Origin: Giardia intestinalis
Taxonomy: Eukaryota
Strand: one strand, 5' to 3'
Length of the DNA stretch: 64,000 bases
Assembly: GCA_000002435.2 (NCBI GenBank)
Contig: CM018792.1
Of this stretch, positions 26,658-37,144 are shown one piece after another. Numbering within the stretch: the first letter of the stretch is position 1; every line of letters begins with the position of its first letter. Position numbers and translations under genes: made by a program. The notes below the pieces were generated by a model. That model saw nothing but the letters and a program-made list of their open reading frames with translations. It searched no databases and was not told where the DNA came from.

Positions 26658-28061
26658 ATGCTCCCCAAGACAGATGTTACAGGTACAAAAACGAAGCCCT
26701 TGAGACCTATGGACCCGGGGCTTCGATACATCCAAGTATCAGCTTTGCCCCTGAGCACACCGATTATTCATTGTGCGCGGCCATTTTCCGCTGATACTAA
26801 CAGACATCGCATGTCTCCTCTAGCCTTTCATTCCTACCGACATAGTACGCCTCCATCCTCGCGGCAAGTACTCAACATTTCTGCTCCAACGGCGTCTACA
26901 AAACCCGATTTACCATACTTTATAGATCCATGCATAGACCAATATGCCAATTTAGATTTGACAGAGCCGTCAAGCCCGCGCCCTTCAAGGACTCCGACTA
27001 CAAGTGAGGAGCCGATAAGATACAATACATATATCCCACACCCTCGGTTCAGAGGCCCTAATAAGCTAACTCATAACATCAGTGAACCCCGTGACCCTGT
27101 TTTAGGAGAGTCTGTACTTTTTAACGAGATTAGTTTGGAGCGAGCACGGATAAATCCGGTAGTCATAACTGGCACCTTTCCATTCAATGAAGATTTGACA
27201 GTTTCTCAGTCCCTGCCAACACGAATTCTATCTGCTTCCACCTCCACTGCAGCAGCCCCAAGTCCATATAAAAATTTAGCCACCGCGCGCTCTATACCCA
27301 TCATTACATTCCCAAAGAAGGAGAATAAGAGCGCCCACCTTGGTGCCTTTCTAGATGTGCCTTTGCTGACAGTAGAGGCAAGCATTTCTAAAGCTCCAAA
27401 CCCCAAGAGTTATATAGAGCAGGAGATGCTTGGCCTTAAACTAAGCCATACTCCAGATATTCTCCACAAGGAACCTATTAATGAAGTGATTCAACGACGA
27501 CGTACCCAACTGAAAAAGACCGTCATTGAGACAGTTAGTGACATGAGTCTACACAATGCAAAGTCGCCTCATCTTGATCATCTATCTATCAACAGCGTCA
27601 GCAGCCCACAAGAGCAATCCATAATCAAGGAGCAACGAGGGGGGATTCCATCACGCATCACAAACGACACTAGGAGGTATAGAAACGGGTATAGCAGTCA
27701 ACTATCGCACCGCTCGTTCGCAACAGCTACAGATATATATAGTTCTGAGAGTCTTGCACCAGAAATATCGGTGGATTCGCCACTAACTAAAAACCACATC
27801 GATACAGAGGATGATATTAAAATATTCACCACTCGTGCTTCTCCGATTAATGATGAGCTTTCCGGATGTGTAATTGACCAGAAGCAAGTGTCGAGTTCTT
27901 ATGAACCAAGTAGCGACACACGGCCAAAAACATCTCCAAACATCTGCTGTTTATCTGTCAAGCCATTAACTCAAACAAGTAACATTGATAAATCGCAACG
28001 AGAATTGTCTAGTATGCTAGAATTATTAGATAATCGCATGTATCCGCAAAAAAGGCAGTGA
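26658..28061 (+). CDS. Ser/Pro/Thr-rich hypothetical protein
   Basis: The track start is TTG, and the first ATG is at 26658. Long ORF of host composition. Confidence 0.5.
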   Translation: MLPKTDVTGTKTKPLRPMDPGLRYIQVSALPLSTPIIHCARPFSADTNRHRMSPLAFHSYRHSTPPSSRQVLNISAPTASTKPDLPYFIDPCIDQYANLDLTEPSSPRPSRTPTTSEEPIRYNTYIPHPRFRGPNKLTHNISEPRDPVLGESVLFNEISLERARINPVVITGTFPFNEDLTVSQSLPTRILSASTSTAAAPSPYKNLATARSIPIITFPKKENKSAHLGAFLDVPLLTVEASISKAPNPKSYIEQEMLGLKLSHTPDILHKEPINEVIQRRRTQLKKTVIETVSDMSLHNAKSPHLDHLSINSVSSPQEQSIIKEQRGGIPSRITNDTRRYRNGYSSQLSHRSFATATDIYSSESLAPEISVDSPLTKNHIDTEDDIKIFTTRASPINDELSGCVIDQKQVSSSYEPSSDTRPKTSPNICCLSVKPLTQTSNIDKSQRELSSMLELLDNRMYPQKRQ

Positions 28062-28072
28062 GCTTGTCTTCG

Positions 28073-31000
28073 CTAGGGATACTGCTCTGTTGGTGTAAGA
28101 ATATACTGTTGGAGTATTTGAATTATGCGGTTTTTGCAAGTAGGATCCACACTCTTATGACAATTGATCGCCCAGTCTAATGCAGTTAGACCGTTTTTAT
28201 CCACGAGGCTGTGTTCCCTTGGAGCAAGGAGACTAACACACATACCGTACCCATAATAAGCTGCGTACATTAATGCCGTTACGCGGGAGCCGACCAGCCC
28301 TGCAGTCTCTACACACATACCGCCTTCTAATTCAATGAGGGCCTCGACAATCATTGGATGGTTGGCTCTTGTTGCAAGCATCAGGGCAGTATGATGCTCC
28401 TGATTCCGCATTCGTGCCTCTGCTCCCTTTAGCATGTTGACTGCATCTACCTTGTTGTTCACCGCAGCCAACATAAGTGCTGTAGCTCCTTGAGTATTTG
28501 TTATTTTCTTTTCGATGTCTAGTAGGATTCTTATCGTATCTGCATGACCCCTCTCAGCTGCATACATTAGAGCAGTGCACCCACTCATGTCTCGCAATCC
28601 GCCTTGTACATGTCTAAAGCAATATACCCGAACTATATCATTGCGCATTGCAGCTTCCATTAGTTCAGTTTTTCTGCCACCAATCCGGACTAATTCTTCT
28701 GACGAGTATCCTTCGTATGGAATAAGCATGTCTGCAATAGCATAGTTCTGTGCAGAAATGGCAATATCAATTGCTCTTCGCCCATCTGCACGACTCAGTC
28801 CAGCTTCACACTGGATCAGAAGACGCGCAAACTCTGGCTCATTATGCTCAGCTGCAAGCATTAAAGCCGTGACTCCATTCTCCATTGCTTCTCCAGCTAA
28901 GCTTAGGTTAGCATAAAATTTCTCTCGGTCACCGTTCACAACCGATGTCATGAGATCTGTAGGCACATTAGATGCATACACCATCGACTTGGTTAGCTTC
29001 TCCGACAAGATAGATTCCAATTTGCTCGGAGAAGTGGATACTATTGGCATAGTTGGAAGAGAGCTTATCTGATGATCAAAAGAATTTCTACCAACAGGTT
29101 GATAACTACGTGGTATCTGAACAGACTTGACTCCTCTCTCTCTACCACTCCCGCTTGATTGCTTGGCTGAATAGTGTCCACGCTGTACTAGTGGACTAGG
29201 GGATCCATCAAGAGAAGGGCTACGCCAAGCTGATGCAACTGTGTGGCTTCTATGTACGTCGCCTTGATTGCCGTCGAGGTTTTCAACTGGTAGAGATATC
29301 AGATCAGACATGTTCAGAGATTCTTGCGTAAGCTGCGCAGATCTAGTGACATGTGAACGCGCAAAGGGGTTTATAACTGGTGGTCTGTGAGTTGAATTAA
29401 TAGTAGACTGGAAGGTTCTATAAGCACGACATGTATTTAGTTCTTTTTCCACCAGCTGATGCTTTAGTTCCAGTTGGGTATAAGCAGCACGTATGGATTC
29501 GTATTTATGTAGTAGTACTTTATATTTATTGGCAATATTTTCTTGCTCTATTCTATAACTGCGTTCCACGGATCCATATGAAATCAGGGATCGCTTGATA
29601 CTCTGCATCTGAGACTCTAGAGCTCTATTCTTCTTTTGTAACAGACTCACTTCTGCATTTGCCGTCTTCATCGTGCGCTCTTCTGATAGAGTACTTTCTA
29701 GTGCGGCAATTCTCTCCTGGTAACCAGCAAGCTCTCCCATCATTCTTTTGTTGCTTTCTTCTGCGTTTGCTAGCTTTTGCATTAGTACATTTTGCTCCAT
29801 CTCCATGGCTACGTACTTTGGCTCGGATTCCATGGCTTTTTTGAGATTTTGTGCTAACAAGGCATTGGAAGACTTCAGCTTGCTTAGCTCATATTCCATA
29901 ACGCGGACACTTGTCTCTAATACACCATCAGCGGCCGCGTCACGTGTGGAATGTTCTAAATTAGATAATTGTTCCTTCAATGCGGCATTTCTCTGCGACG
30001 ATTCTGCTAGGCGAGTAGTAAGCTCTTCTATTGTGGCCTTAGATATATTGAGATTTTCCATCAAGTTATCTTCTATGCAATCATGCACCTGTACCCCAGT
30101 ATTGACATAGGTGATAGAGGTTAATGCATCATCTAGGTTATATTGTGTTGTGACATCTCTTCCTGGTGTGTCTGCCTTTTTCTCTAACATAGAAATCTTA
30201 TTCTGCTTTTCTCGCAGCCGTTCCTCTAACATAGCAATTTGTACGTCCTTTTCAACGCCTGTGTCATCGCCTACGTATTTTGTGCGTTCCATAATAGTTA
30301 GTAGGTCTTCAACATTGTTAATACTCAGCTCTTCATCTCCCATGGAAATTACATTGTTAGACACACTCTCATCAGTACCCTCTGTGATGGCAGCTATCTT
30401 GGCCCGAAGGGCTACTCTAAGAACGTAAATTTCCCTTTTCTGATCTTCGATTGTGGACAGTGAGAGCTGCAGCTTTTCACGCATTTCGGCCTTGATTCGT
30501 TGGAAGTCCGACAGGTGCTGTTGCATCGTTTCTATAAGATTCTTCTCCTCAGTCTGCTTACTCTTTAGCTCACTGTTTTGGAGCTGTAGTTTGTCAACTA
30601 AATCTGACGTGGACGTGCTTGCTATTATCTTTACCAAAGAAGGAGCTCTATCAGGCTTAGGCAAGGGGGCAGACGTCTGGACTTGTAACTTAACGGATGT
30701 ATCTGTGATTGGAGGAGATATTGTGTCCAATTGTGGGGTCAAATTGTCAGAAAAAATATCAAAAGAGTCTACAGAAGAGTGAGTGTCTGATGCCTCTGGA
30801 TTAGGTGATTCATTAGTCACCGTAAAGATATGTCCGTTACTATTTTTCTTAATGTATTCTGGCAGTGCTTCACCAAAATGTCGAACAACAAGCTCTTCAA
30901 ATTCAGCTAAGTTTTGTCGCTTGACAAAAAGGGAAGCTTTGTTTAAGGATTGCCAACTGTATGTAAATTTGCTCATAAGTATCCTTACGGCTTTAAAATG

Positions 31001-31423
31001 ACCTCGTGTTAGAGCTAACTCAAGGGCTGTCTTTCCATCTGCACCACGTACGTCCTCCATGTATTCATTTTCAAGTAAAAAGCGAAGGCAGCGGGGCGCA
31101 TTATAGGTAATCGATAGAGTTGTAAGGCTTTGGCCTTTAGAAGATAGTTTCTGTTCTAAAGGATACAGGTGAACGAAAATATCTATGTAGTCATTTTTCA
31201 AGGAGGCAACCAAGGCCGTCATGCCGTCATTAGAGATAAGTCCTACCTCGTCTGGAAGAAGTAACTCTAGAATTTCTGAGTGTCCCGCCCTGGCCGCATA
31301 CATCAGTGCCGTTCTACCCCATCTATCAACTGTCTTCCTGAACTTGTTCCGATTAAGTCGTATAAATTCTGTGTCGCCTGAGTATGCTGCTTCGAACCAC
31401 GCAAGTTTGTCCATGGGCTCCAA
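28073..31423 (-). CDS. ankyrin-repeat / long coiled-coil protein (1116 aa)
   Basis: Ankyrin repeats at both ends (TALMYAA..GH) with a central heptad-rich region. Confidence 0.8.
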   Translation of the reverse strand: MEPMDKLAWFEAAYSGDTEFIRLNRNKFRKTVDRWGRTALMYAARAGHSEILELLLPDEVGLISNDGMTALVASLKNDYIDIFVHLYPLEQKLSSKGQSLTTLSITYNAPRCLRFLLENEYMEDVRGADGKTALELALTRGHFKAVRILMSKFTYSWQSLNKASLFVKRQNLAEFEELVVRHFGEALPEYIKKNSNGHIFTVTNESPNPEASDTHSSVDSFDIFSDNLTPQLDTISPPITDTSVKLQVQTSAPLPKPDRAPSLVKIIASTSTSDLVDKLQLQNSELKSKQTEEKNLIETMQQHLSDFQRIKAEMREKLQLSLSTIEDQKREIYVLRVALRAKIAAITEGTDESVSNNVISMGDEELSINNVEDLLTIMERTKYVGDDTGVEKDVQIAMLEERLREKQNKISMLEKKADTPGRDVTTQYNLDDALTSITYVNTGVQVHDCIEDNLMENLNISKATIEELTTRLAESSQRNAALKEQLSNLEHSTRDAAADGVLETSVRVMEYELSKLKSSNALLAQNLKKAMESEPKYVAMEMEQNVLMQKLANAEESNKRMMGELAGYQERIAALESTLSEERTMKTANAEVSLLQKKNRALESQMQSIKRSLISYGSVERSYRIEQENIANKYKVLLHKYESIRAAYTQLELKHQLVEKELNTCRAYRTFQSTINSTHRPPVINPFARSHVTRSAQLTQESLNMSDLISLPVENLDGNQGDVHRSHTVASAWRSPSLDGSPSPLVQRGHYSAKQSSGSGRERGVKSVQIPRSYQPVGRNSFDHQISSLPTMPIVSTSPSKLESILSEKLTKSMVYASNVPTDLMTSVVNGDREKFYANLSLAGEAMENGVTALMLAAEHNEPEFARLLIQCEAGLSRADGRRAIDIAISAQNYAIADMLIPYEGYSSEELVRIGGRKTELMEAAMRNDIVRVYCFRHVQGGLRDMSGCTALMYAAERGHADTIRILLDIEKKITNTQGATALMLAAVNNKVDAVNMLKGAEARMRNQEHHTALMLATRANHPMIVEALIELEGGMCVETAGLVGSRVTALMYAAYYGYGMCVSLLAPREHSLVDKNGLTALDWAINCHKSVDPTCKNRIIQILQQYILTPTEQYP

Positions 31424-31470
31424 GAGGACGATAAGGTTATCAAGCCAATGTGTAGAATTTATTCCTCATC

Positions 31471-34400
31471 TCATTTGTCTCCTTTGGACGGAAGAAGAAG
31501 GTCCAGATAGTCGTCTCTCGTCATACGTCGCACATTAGTCTTGCTAGGCTGGTTATCATAGGCATCCACATGCACCAGATTTCCGAATTCATCACGTCTC
31601 TGTCCTCGAAGGACCAACTCTTGGACAATCTCCTTGCTTCTTGCTTTTTCCAATATCTTCTCGTCAATGCTGCCTTCTGTGACAAGCCGATAGATAACGA
31701 CTGACTTCTTCTGACCTAAACGATGAACCCGGTCCATTGCCTGGGCATCTTGTGTGGGGTTCCAATCATTTTCATAGAAGATAACAGTGCTTGCCCTTGT
31801 CAAGTTAAGACCTAAAGATGCTGCCCTTGTGCTCAGTAGGAAAACAAAGATGGTGTCATCCGTCATAAAGCGCTCTACAATCTGCCCTCGCTTATTTACC
31901 GCATCACCTCCGTCCAAGCGCACGTAGTTGTAGCGCCTGAAAACTAGGTAGTCCTCTAGAAGATCAAGCATTTTGGTCATCTGACAATAGATCAAAACAG
32001 GCTCACGCGTCTTGTACAGGTTGTGCAGAAGTTTATCGAGGGCTGTCAGTTTTCCTGAGTCCTTTATTAGACGGAGAACAGACTTAGAATAAACGGGGCA
32101 GTTTAGCAAAGAGTTGCTTACGTACTTTTGATCATATAGCTTAAGAGGAAGGTAGGACTGAGGTGTAATTAGAGATCCCATAAACGTGCTTTCTCGATAA
32201 AGCTCCTCGCCTCGCAGGAGAGCCTGTACGTCGTGAGTATGCATCGGTTTAAAGATAGTCGGGATATGGACCTGAGGTTGCAGCCCAAAGACCTTAGGTG
32301 CTATAGCATCATAGACCAACAAATGATTGAGATGTTGGCTTTCTAGAAAATCGTTTGCCGCCTTTATCAGCCAATGCTGCTTGAACTGATGCAGCGCCAG
32401 GAGATCCCTCTGAGTATACCTTACATGATATTCTTTAGAAAGTGTATTAGTGAAAACACAGCTAGTCTTTTCGATGGCAAAGTGCTCAGCTGAGGTGTCT
32501 GATTGGCCGTTTTCAAGGGCATCAGAAACCAAGAGATGAGACATTGGAGAAACTATTAAAAGACTGGAAGGATTAACCAAGATGGATGGCAGCGTTGATG
32601 AGAAAGTACTAGAAAGAATCGATCTATCAAAAGACATGAGCTGGCTTCCAATTAGACTATACAGATGTAACACTATAGAAAACCTTGTTTCATACTTCGT
32701 GTCGAAGGGGAAATGTGCTATCATCGGGAATAGAGCTGGCCATGCTGCATTGTGTGCAATAAGCAAAGGACAATATGCTAAGAACCCCAAATCCTGAACC
32801 GAAAGGGCTAAAAATCTCGAAATTGTCCGCAAAACAGGTACATCAGTATTCCAAATGTTAAAGTATTTTGCTATGGTACACTCTAGGATCTTTTGAGCGA
32901 GGTCACTACAGAATCCAAGGAGAACAGGTGAGGGAAGGGAAAGTTCTATGTCACTACATGCGTTCGATGGGTTGATGCGACGTCCAATATAATTGGCGCG
33001 TGCTATATCTGGTATTCCTATCTTGACAAAGATATCTGTAAACGCCTCTACATCGCTCTGCGCAGTACGCTTGAAAATTAAATCTCTACGCGCATTAAGC
33101 AGCTTACTATTTCCTAAAGAATCGTCTGCTCCTGTAGCTACTAGTGAAGACTGGGAATCAACTGTGGATATCTGGTCTCCATCAAGTTGGAACACTCCAG
33201 GAAGATCACTCAACCCAGAAATAAGTGGCATACTAGAAGTCGTAGGAAGCACAGCATCTTGGGCAGCAGGTCCATTGTGAATAGAAGATAGTGATGACAC
33301 CCCGGCCAGACCAGAGGTCTGACTGGATGTAGATACACGACGCAAGTTTTTCTGCTGCTTCTGGCCAGCTGCCACCAAGCCTGTTGCTGAGGTCACAGTT
33401 GATAGTCTGTCATCGTCATCATCAGGGTCTCCCTCCATGTCAGCCTTCATAACCTCTAAGTACTTTGTTCCTTGGCACCATCTAGACTGTGAGATGAAGA
33501 AATAAAGCATAAACGGACCCACGGAACTAGTGTGTTCAAAGAGATCTGGATGGCAGCATATTTTTCTCAATTGCATGACAATATTTCTAATGTCTGCGTC
33601 ATCTTTAGAGCTGCGCATGGTATCTAGGGAAAACTGCTGCTGAACAGTCTTGTACAACCGTGCCTGATGATAGCTCATTGAGCACTTGATAATTATTTCT
33701 TTCTTTGATCCCAGATCCTTCTCTACATCTCCTTTTACACGGCGTAAAACAAAGGGTGCAAGGATTCCCTGAAGGCGGCGAAGTTGGTCTGCATTTAACT
33801 TGACTGCACCAAGCCTACTAGCTGCAGACTCAATATCTTTACTAAACCACTCTGCAAAGTCATCCTTCCGCTCGAAAAGCTCTGGCATGACAAAGTGCAA
33901 TAAAGCCCAGAGCTCTTCGAGTGAGTTCTGAATAGGCGTACCACTCAGCAACACCTTGCAGCGCGACTTGTACTTCATGATAGTCCTCCAACGTTGCGTT
34001 CCACTGGACTTAATAAGCTGGGCTTCGTCCAGCACTATTGTCTTCCACGGTATCGCTGCAAGGGTCTTTATGTCAGACACTGCTATCTGATATGAAGTTA
34101 TAACAACATGTAAGATTGAGTCGGATTTCCCCAGGACACTTTCGTTCTTTTCCATGGCAGTATCTATGTTGTGGCCAAAGTTCAGAGTCGTGGCCCATCC
34201 ACGTTTGATGAGCATCCTTTCCCGCTGGGTTCCCCAATACGGCCACAAAAGTAAACTAGGCACAAACTTCTTAAGCTCCTTTATCCAGTTTATCAGAAGA
34301 GAGTTGGGTGCTATGATTAGGAACGGGCCATGATAATGATACTTTTCGACCAGATGTTGAAAAAATGCAATTGTTTGGACAGATTTTCCCAGCCCCATTT

Positions 34401-37050
34401 CATCTGATAGAATGGAATTTAGTTCCAGTTCAAACCGATTGACAAGCCATGAGAAACCGATAATTTGGTATTTCTTAAGCTTGCCAATAAACTTCGTCGG
34501 CTGCTTCTTTAAGTCAATATTGAGCCCGCTTATGTTTAGAGTCCTTGGATTATCCTTTGCCTTTGAAAGCGCCTCTTCTTCGTCAGTGTACTCGTTCTCA
34601 AGGTCTTCTCGTAGAATCTTTAGTTTAAACAAATCGGTGCTATCCAGGTTTGCCTTTTCCGCTCCTGTGTTCACCAGAGTCACCCCTGTTTTAGATTTTA
34701 TATTATCAAATGTGTATTGTTCGGTCTGCCTTATCAAAAAGTCAAGCCTCTCTCTTTGATGCTTCTCCTGTAGTTGCTCTGCTCTTTTAGACTCTAGCTT
34801 AACTCGAATTTTAGAGTCTCTGTTGTAAGCGTCGCGTCCCTCTCTCAGTAGCCTCTTATACGTTGATATTTGGTCTTTTACTACGCGACGGATTCTGGCT
34901 AACTCTGCGCCAGGCGCGAATGCTTGTTTGTTACTACGAAGACGCTTCATCATGTGCTTTGTGGCATAGGAAATCAACCTGTTCTGGATTGTTGTTGCTG
35001 TTATCACATGTGGTGGTAGAAAAGCCTTGTTTCGCTGTAATCGTTCTTCAAATGAATAATTTGTATAGTCGAAGAGGGTTACCGCACTATCGATATATTC
35101 GTCTGTATGATTGTATAGCGTCTTAAACTCAGTGGTGCTACCAATTGCTAGTTGACTGAGCGAATTGATCGTGAGTATCCCCCCGTCGGTAGTACCTGGA
35201 TTTAGACCTAAGGCACTCCCTTGATGGAGGGCGTCTGTCAGAGCCCAGGCTGCGGAGTGACTATTGCCTATATCCTTAAGATCGGAGGACTGGTCATGGC
35301 TGCGAGATCTCTTTTGAACGTCTGGTACCGTTCGTCGCTTTGTCCGTGATGATTTCAGGGATGTGTCATGGTGGCGAAGGGTAGAAACACGAAGCGGCTT
35401 AAGAGGAATCGAGCGTTGAAGAAAGGTACTGTTACTAAGTGCTTCCTTGGTACAATAAGATGATAGTTGTGGGTCGTAGTGAAACTCCTTCCCTGTATTA
35501 CTTATCAGAGACGACGGTGTTTCAGTAAGCAATGGATACAGACAAGCATGTGGGGTGATACTGTGTAATCCATAGTCTTCATACCAAGAAAGGCTACCAC
35601 GACAGAACTGCACCCAAGAGGGATATGGAAGGGCACTTATATTTTGTGAATAGCGCTCTTTGGCATCTATGTAAAGAAGTCGTTGGGAAAATCCACCATA
35701 GTTCTTAAGATTAGTGCCCAGCTTCTTGCACAAAGTAAGAGTAAGAAGCAAGGATTCTTCATTGGTCATGACCTCAAGTGTACTAAGAACAGATGAATCA
35801 AGTGCAGTAAGACCAACAGCTACATTGGTCTGTAAAATTTGTGACTGAATGGATGTGTCACTGAGAAGAAAAAGCAGCGCGTTGTACGATGTGAATACTT
35901 GGCTAAAGTTCTCAAGCAAAGGCAAATGAAGGAATTGCATAGATGTGAGCATGTCTTGATCTTCATGTTCAATGGCAGGTGATTGGAAAAAAGAAATAGA
36001 GTGCAAAGTATAAAGATTGCTGAAGTCAGAGACCCTCTCAAATAAGAGCTGGGCTAACCCAATATATGAGGTAAAGAAGAGAGAAAGGAAGCAAAGATAG
36101 ATATTTGCCGAAAACTGGGAAGACTGGAAGGTCGACGGAACTAACAGAAGATATGCTTGGGGCCGGTCAGTAAGGACCTGCAGAGACCAGAATTCATTGG
36201 CTGATAATGTTGCTGCAGTGCTAGTTCTAAAACAAGGAGGAGTGCTGCTATCAAGACCAAAGGAACGTGTCAGCATGGAGCTTGCATGCTTGATACATTG
36301 AAACAACAATCTGTGGATGTCAACAAAAATTGTGCTGGTATCACGAGGAACTTTAGAGACTAAATTTGAGGGCAGTGACAGAATATCTGCTATACTTACC
36401 TCTGTATATGGTTCTGCACGGTTTGAGGAAAGGTAGAATATACTCCAATCAATACAGCATGGTCTTTGTAGCAAGTTATCAAACGAATATGTTGGGGTAG
36501 GAAGTACTGGAGCGGTACCCACGGGAGCGTCCATGACGTCCAAGGATGTATGTACACATGTCAGTAGAAACTTCTCTGTGTCGTCGTTAATTGGAGGAAA
36601 AGGATCTTCCATGGGAGCAAGTGCGCGTTCTCCTTGTAGATATTCGCATATTTCAAAGGTACACGAGGAGATAACATCTGCAGAAAGATTCTCGCAATCA
36701 TATGGTCTCGAGAGAGGAGGCATCGAAAGACGGCCGTAGTGATCAAGAGCTTCCAACTGTATGCGAGATAGGAGCTCTCTCTGCTGGATAGCAATCGAGT
36801 GGTAAAGCTCAGTCCAAGTATCTCGATCATAAAAGAGTTGCTGAATGTCCTTAGCTTCCTGCGGTTTCTCTGGAGCAGGGCATGCGGACGTTTCGTTGGA
36901 AGGCGCGTGTGATGCAGCATACGCCAAAGAAGGCCCAACCCGCTGCGGGAGAACATACATTTGATAAAGGTGCTGTGCAAGCTCTCTAGGGGACAGTGCA
37001 GATGTACCACAAGACTGCGGGGCCACCGAGCTCCTGGAAAGTGGGTCCAT
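31471..37050 (-). CDS. INO80: INO80-type SNF2 chromatin-remodelling ATPase
   Basis: SNF2 motifs are ILSDEMGLGKSVQTI, DEAQLIKSSGTQRW and LLSGTPIQNSLEELWALLHFVMPELF. FAEWFSKDIESAA is a signature of INO80. There is a long insertion between the ATPase lobes, and the C-lobe motifs are LSTRAASLGLNLT and DWNPT.DAQAMDRVHRLGQ. Confidence 0.85.
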   Translation of the reverse strand: MDPLSRSSVAPQSCGTSALSPRELAQHLYQMYVLPQRVGPSLAYAASHAPSNETSACPAPEKPQEAKDIQQLFYDRDTWTELYHSIAIQQRELLSRIQLEALDHYGRLSMPPLSRPYDCENLSADVISSCTFEICEYLQGERALAPMEDPFPPINDDTEKFLLTCVHTSLDVMDAPVGTAPVLPTPTYSFDNLLQRPCCIDWSIFYLSSNRAEPYTEVSIADILSLPSNLVSKVPRDTSTIFVDIHRLLFQCIKHASSMLTRSFGLDSSTPPCFRTSTAATLSANEFWSLQVLTDRPQAYLLLVPSTFQSSQFSANIYLCFLSLFFTSYIGLAQLLFERVSDFSNLYTLHSISFFQSPAIEHEDQDMLTSMQFLHLPLLENFSQVFTSYNALLFLLSDTSIQSQILQTNVAVGLTALDSSVLSTLEVMTNEESLLLTLTLCKKLGTNLKNYGGFSQRLLYIDAKERYSQNISALPYPSWVQFCRGSLSWYEDYGLHSITPHACLYPLLTETPSSLISNTGKEFHYDPQLSSYCTKEALSNSTFLQRSIPLKPLRVSTLRHHDTSLKSSRTKRRTVPDVQKRSRSHDQSSDLKDIGNSHSAAWALTDALHQGSALGLNPGTTDGGILTINSLSQLAIGSTTEFKTLYNHTDEYIDSAVTLFDYTNYSFEERLQRNKAFLPPHVITATTIQNRLISYATKHMMKRLRSNKQAFAPGAELARIRRVVKDQISTYKRLLREGRDAYNRDSKIRVKLESKRAEQLQEKHQRERLDFLIRQTEQYTFDNIKSKTGVTLVNTGAEKANLDSTDLFKLKILREDLENEYTDEEEALSKAKDNPRTLNISGLNIDLKKQPTKFIGKLKKYQIIGFSWLVNRFELELNSILSDEMGLGKSVQTIAFFQHLVEKYHYHGPFLIIAPNSLLINWIKELKKFVPSLLLWPYWGTQRERMLIKRGWATTLNFGHNIDTAMEKNESVLGKSDSILHVVITSYQIAVSDIKTLAAIPWKTIVLDEAQLIKSSGTQRWRTIMKYKSRCKVLLSGTPIQNSLEELWALLHFVMPELFERKDDFAEWFSKDIESAASRLGAVKLNADQLRRLQGILAPFVLRRVKGDVEKDLGSKKEIIIKCSMSYHQARLYKTVQQQFSLDTMRSSKDDADIRNIVMQLRKICCHPDLFEHTSSVGPFMLYFFISQSRWCQGTKYLEVMKADMEGDPDDDDDRLSTVTSATGLVAAGQKQQKNLRRVSTSSQTSGLAGVSSLSSIHNGPAAQDAVLPTTSSMPLISGLSDLPGVFQLDGDQISTVDSQSSLVATGADDSLGNSKLLNARRDLIFKRTAQSDVEAFTDIFVKIGIPDIARANYIGRRINPSNACSDIELSLPSPVLLGFCSDLAQKILECTIAKYFNIWNTDVPVLRTISRFLALSVQDLGFLAYCPLLIAHNAAWPALFPMIAHFPFDTKYETRFSIVLHLYSLIGSQLMSFDRSILSSTFSSTLPSILVNPSSLLIVSPMSHLLVSDALENGQSDTSAEHFAIEKTSCVFTNTLSKEYHVRYTQRDLLALHQFKQHWLIKAANDFLESQHLNHLLVYDAIAPKVFGLQPQVHIPTIFKPMHTHDVQALLRGEELYRESTFMGSLITPQSYLPLKLYDQKYVSNSLLNCPVYSKSVLRLIKDSGKLTALDKLLHNLYKTREPVLIYCQMTKMLDLLEDYLVFRRYNYVRLDGGDAVNKRGQIVERFMTDDTIFVFLLSTRAASLGLNLTRASTVIFYENDWNPTQDAQAMDRVHRLGQKKSVVIYRLVTEGSIDEKILEKARSKEIVQELVLRGQRRDEFGNLVHVDAYDNQPSKTNVRRMTRDDYLDLLLPSKGDK

Positions 37051-37144
37051 ACAAGGGGGAAGATCCGTTAACGATCAGCTTTTCCAGATAAAAATCAAAA
37101 TAGAATGTACTCCAGTGATAGCTCCCTCTAAGCACTAAAACCCG